Below are positions 56,621-64,000 of a DNA stretch of 64,000 nt, piece by piece. Origin of the DNA: the human T2T-CHM13v2.0 reference genome, Homo sapiens. The position numbers and the translations under genes are program-made. Below the pieces are notes generated by a model. It was not told the origin of the DNA. It saw nothing but the letters and a program-made list of their open reading frames with translations, and searched no databases. How positions within the stretch are numbered: position 1 is the first letter of the stretch; each line of letters opens with the position of its first letter. The stretch lies in the NCBI RefSeq assembly GCF_009914755.1, contig NC_060941.1; one strand, 5' to 3'.

Positions 56621-56957
56621 TAAACAAGTAAAATATATTGATTATCAAATATAAAATAAAAGCGTTCTCTCAGATTGAGACCTTACAAATGAATAGCAAA
56701 AATTAGTGCCTCAATGTTGTTCAAACCAGCTAATTAAACATCACAATGGAAAAATCTGTTAAGTATTACATTAAGTAATTAGGATATTTTTATGTTCTTA
56801 TATAGGTTGAAATTATCAAACCATGAAACTGAATTTTTTCTCCCTTCCCCAAAGACTATAAAAGATTTTAATTAATTAAGCTTTCTGTATTGAGAATTCC
56901 CTTGGTTTTAAGAAGCTTTCTATTTTACTGTAACTTTTCTTTTTTTTTTTTTTTTAG

Positions 56958-57170
<213 letters not shown>

Positions 57171-57859
57171 TGATCTGCCCACCTTGGCCTCCCAAAGTGC
57201 TGGGATTACAGGCGTGAGCCACCACACCCAGCTATTTTACTGTAACTTTTCTAAGTGGTCGACAAATAAAGATAGTCTTATGTGTGGCTTGGTAATTTTT
57301 GTGGTTAATATATAATATGAAAAAATTATAGGTTCCATGCATATATGATCAGCCATGTCAAAGCAAGTATTGAGTTGTTTGGCATTTCATAGTATGTATA
57401 GTTAAAAGTAGATTCTAAAAAAAAAAATGATTAAGGCCGGGCATGGTGGCTCCCAGCACTTTGGGAGGCCGAGGCGGGTGGATCACAAGGTCAAGAGATC
57501 GAGACCAGCCTGGCCAACATGGTGAAACCCCGTCTCTACTAAAAATACAAAAATTAGCCAGATGTGGTGACGGGCGCCTGTTGTCCCAGCTACTCAGGAG
57601 GCTGAGGCAGGAGAATCGCTTGAACCTGGGAGGTGGAGTTGCAGTGAGCCCAGTTCGCGCCACTGCACTCCAGCCTGGCAACAGAGTGAGACTCCATCTC
57701 AAAAAAAAAAGAAAAAGAAGAAGATAAAAAAGAAAGAAAAGGAAAATATATGATTAAAGACAGTATTCTTTAAAAAAAAAATGACATCAATGAGTTTATT
57801 TTCTTATTCATTTGTTTTCCACCTCATTACAGAATGGATTTCAAGTGGCAAATTAATTT

Positions 57860-59770
<1,911 letters not shown>

Positions 59771-59804
59771 ACATAGCACATATATTATAAACTAAATTAT
59801 TAGG

Positions 59805-60302
<498 letters not shown>

Positions 60303-60902
60303 ATTAGGGAGAATGTAAGAATCCAAATTAAAGTTACATTTATTTGAAAGGACAGATGTATATCTTGGTAAAAATTATAAACATTAGTACATGGTGGAGT
60401 ATAAAATATAAGAAAGTGAATAAATAGATATTTTCAGTGCAAATTTTTCTTTATCACAGGACCAGTGTTCAATATTTTGGAAAGTTCAATCTAAAAAAGC
60501 ATATTTAGGTATAAATAATTTTAAATATTGGCCATTTTCTGTGAATGCATGTGAAATAAAGCACCATGGTTTTATAATTAAAGACTAAGAAAAGACATAT
60601 TGGACATCATATCTGCACATCCTTATATTGCTAGATGCAAAGATTGCCTTTTAGGGCATGCTTCTTTATAAAATAGTTTGTAACTAATAGTACTGTCAGA
60701 AATACTGTAGTTTAGATAATATTTAACATATTTTGCTCCTTATTTTTCTGTAACAACACATTATATTGTTATGTTTATTTGTAGATTTTCTTATTTGTGT
60801 ATGTTTTATCTGTGATTTTTTAAAAATGTGAAATTGTTGTTAGAATACCATTTATCTTGGCTTATGCATTATTGAATTGATAAGGACTAAGATAAGCTAT
60901 AG

Positions 60903-61150
<248 letters not shown>

Positions 61151-61711
61151 TGATCTCTTGATCACGTGATCCAGCTGCCTCGGCCTCCCAAAGTGCTGGA
61201 ATTACAGGTGTGATAAAATAGTTTTATAAACCTAAGCTGTATTTATAATGGTAATACAAATAAGAAATGTTTAAAATAATGCTTGTAATGTAGAACACTG
61301 GTCCAAGTATTTTACATACATTAATTCATTTAATCCTCATGACAACTAAATAAGATAGACACTGTTATTATCCTTATATTCCAAGTAAGGAAACTGAGGT
61401 ATAGGTTAAGCGATCTAAGTTTACACAACTGATAAGTAGCTAGGATATGAGCCAGTATAATCTAGCTTCAGAGTCAGCATTCTCAACCGCTCTATAATAA
61501 TGTTATTATTGTATTTTTAATTAGCAATTTGTTTGATTTTGTCATAATCATTATCAGATCTTCCAGCAGTTACATGGCAGATATTTTCAAGTAAATATTT
61601 TAAACAAATTCAGCCTATATCTAAACAATATCTTTTAAAAATTATTTTTAATGCTATTCTTACTTTTACTGATTATATGTAGTAATATTGAGATTTCTTA
61701 AGAATAGTTGG

Positions 61712-62031
<320 letters not shown>

Positions 62032-62253
62032 ATAGTTGGATTTCAGAGGATTGTTTTAACCTCCCATTTTTGGTGTTTGTGATGGTGGTAGATGGTCATT
62101 TAACTTAAAAATAAATAAATAAATAAAAAATAAAGGCCAGACATGGTGGCTCACGCACTTTGGGAGGCCAAGGCTGTGAGGATTGCTTGAGCCCAGGAGT
62201 TTGAGACCAGCCTGGGCAACATAGTGAAACCCTGTCTCTACAAAAACCTTTTA

Positions 62254-62463
<210 letters not shown>

Positions 62464-64000
62464 TCAGAAGCTGTTAGAACACATAATGGATTCTTACGAC
62501 AAAATCTAGATAAATTTGCATACCAATTTTGAAAAATTATATATAAAATATGTTTAGTAATGTACATTTCTTTCTGCTAAAAAGCACTAGTTTTTCTCTA
62601 CAAAAATGCATTTTTAAATTAATGTCTCTCTGGTACACAGGAATAAAATATTTGTCCTTGATCTGTGTCATTTCCTCATTTTAAATTCACCAAATAGTTT
62701 ATTTTAGGTGTCATTTATTGCTTTATTTTAATAAATACTGAAAATGATTAACCACATTGTAGAAATACCCAACTTATGAACTCATGAATATTGGGCTATG
62801 TTTTAATATGTAAATTATGTTTAAAAATTAATCTGTTTCTTCAAAACATTAACTTGCCTAAGTGGTTTAATTGAATACCATCAGACTCTGTTATAATCAG
62901 GACAGCTCAGAAGAAGAGAACTAAATTAGAGAGAAACCCAGAATGGAAAATAAGGGAGAGTTTAATGCTTAGAATAAAGAGTTAGAAAAGAGGAGGTGGG
63001 CTATAGGAATCTTTAATAAGAAGATTATAGGGCTGGGTGCAGTGGCTCATGACTGTAATCCCAACACTTTGGAGGATGAAGCAGGAAGATTGCTTGAACC
63101 CTGGAGTTTGAGACCAGCCTGGGCAACATAGCAAGTCCCCGGCTTTACAAAAAAAATTAACCAGGCATGGTAGTGCCTGCCTGTACTCCTAGCTACATGG
63201 CAGGCTGAGGAAGGAGGATCCCTTAAGCTCTGAACTTGGAGGCTGCAGTGAACCATTCAACCACCATTGAACCCCAGCTTGGGTGACAGAGTGAGACCTT
63301 GTCCCCCCACCTCAAAAAAATCATAGATATGCCCAAACATTTTGCTCTTAATAGCATAATTAAGATATTTTTATTTTCAATGCAAATTTGTAATCTTAAA
63401 TTGAAAAACTTTATGAACATTGAATTATCCGTGGAACTCAAAGGAAAAAGGATCACTGTAATTTTATATTTTACAGGAGAAAAGATTTCTTGAACTTTTT
63501 TGCTTTGATCTATATTTTGTCATTTCATTGAGAGTAGAAAAAGAATGCATCACTTTTTATAAACAAAATATTTTTCTTTTCTAAATATGACACCAGTATG
63601 AAACTTACCCAAGGTGTTTAAGTGTTTAAAATGTAAACTGAAGATTTGATTGTTATTAAAGTATCATTTTACCTGTTGGCTGAGAGGATTCAGCATAGTG
63701 CGAGGGAGTGGGAACAAGTACCTATAAGTATACATAGGGCAATTAATAACTGTTGAAAGAATGATAATATCCTGTTTCTCAAATAAACAGAATTTTACCT
63801 TACTACACAAAGAATTTAATTCAATTTAGTCTATGGAGTTTCCTACTAGAATATAAGCTCCAGACTTTCTTTTGCTCACCATCCTATCCTCAGTACCTAG
63901 GATACTGAATGCTTAGGACATAGAAGGTTTTCAGAAAGTACTTAATGAATAAAATATATGCTTAACACATTTTTTATTGTGGCAAAATATACATCACTTA

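Overview
Human genomic DNA. The genes identify it as the RAD51C-PPM1E interval on chr17q22, and human-specific AluYa5 and AluYb8 copies support the species call. On the + strand it holds the last four coding exons of RAD51C (exons 6-9, C-terminus ...[11 protein letters not shown]) with two poly(A) sites, about 20 kb of intergenic DNA, the PPM1E CpG-island promoter and exon 1, and the first ~21 kb of PPM1E intron 1. The window is very Alu-dense, and nearly all ORFs in the supplied track are Alu or microsatellite artefacts. Main unexplained structure: (1) a decayed multi-exon ankyrin-repeat gene on the minus strand between RAD51C and PPM1E (~29.7-40.1 kb). It shows TPLHY, KDQYGSYCIHL, surviving splice sites and one frame-preserving junction, and it points head-to-head at the PPM1E promoter, which carries an RFX X-box. 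(2) A 20-bp target-site duplication in RAD51C intron 6 that encloses an Alu plus 1.9 kb of extra DNA and a second A-tract; this extra DNA contains a candidate in-frame 36-nt cassette exon. (3) A tailless 5S rRNA retro-fragment with a TSD. (4) An overlapping uORF and an atypical GTTAAGT donor in PPM1E exon 1. (5) A 61-bp non-repeat duplication with copies 1.9 kb apart. Repeat subfamily calls and boundaries were made by eye and are approximate.
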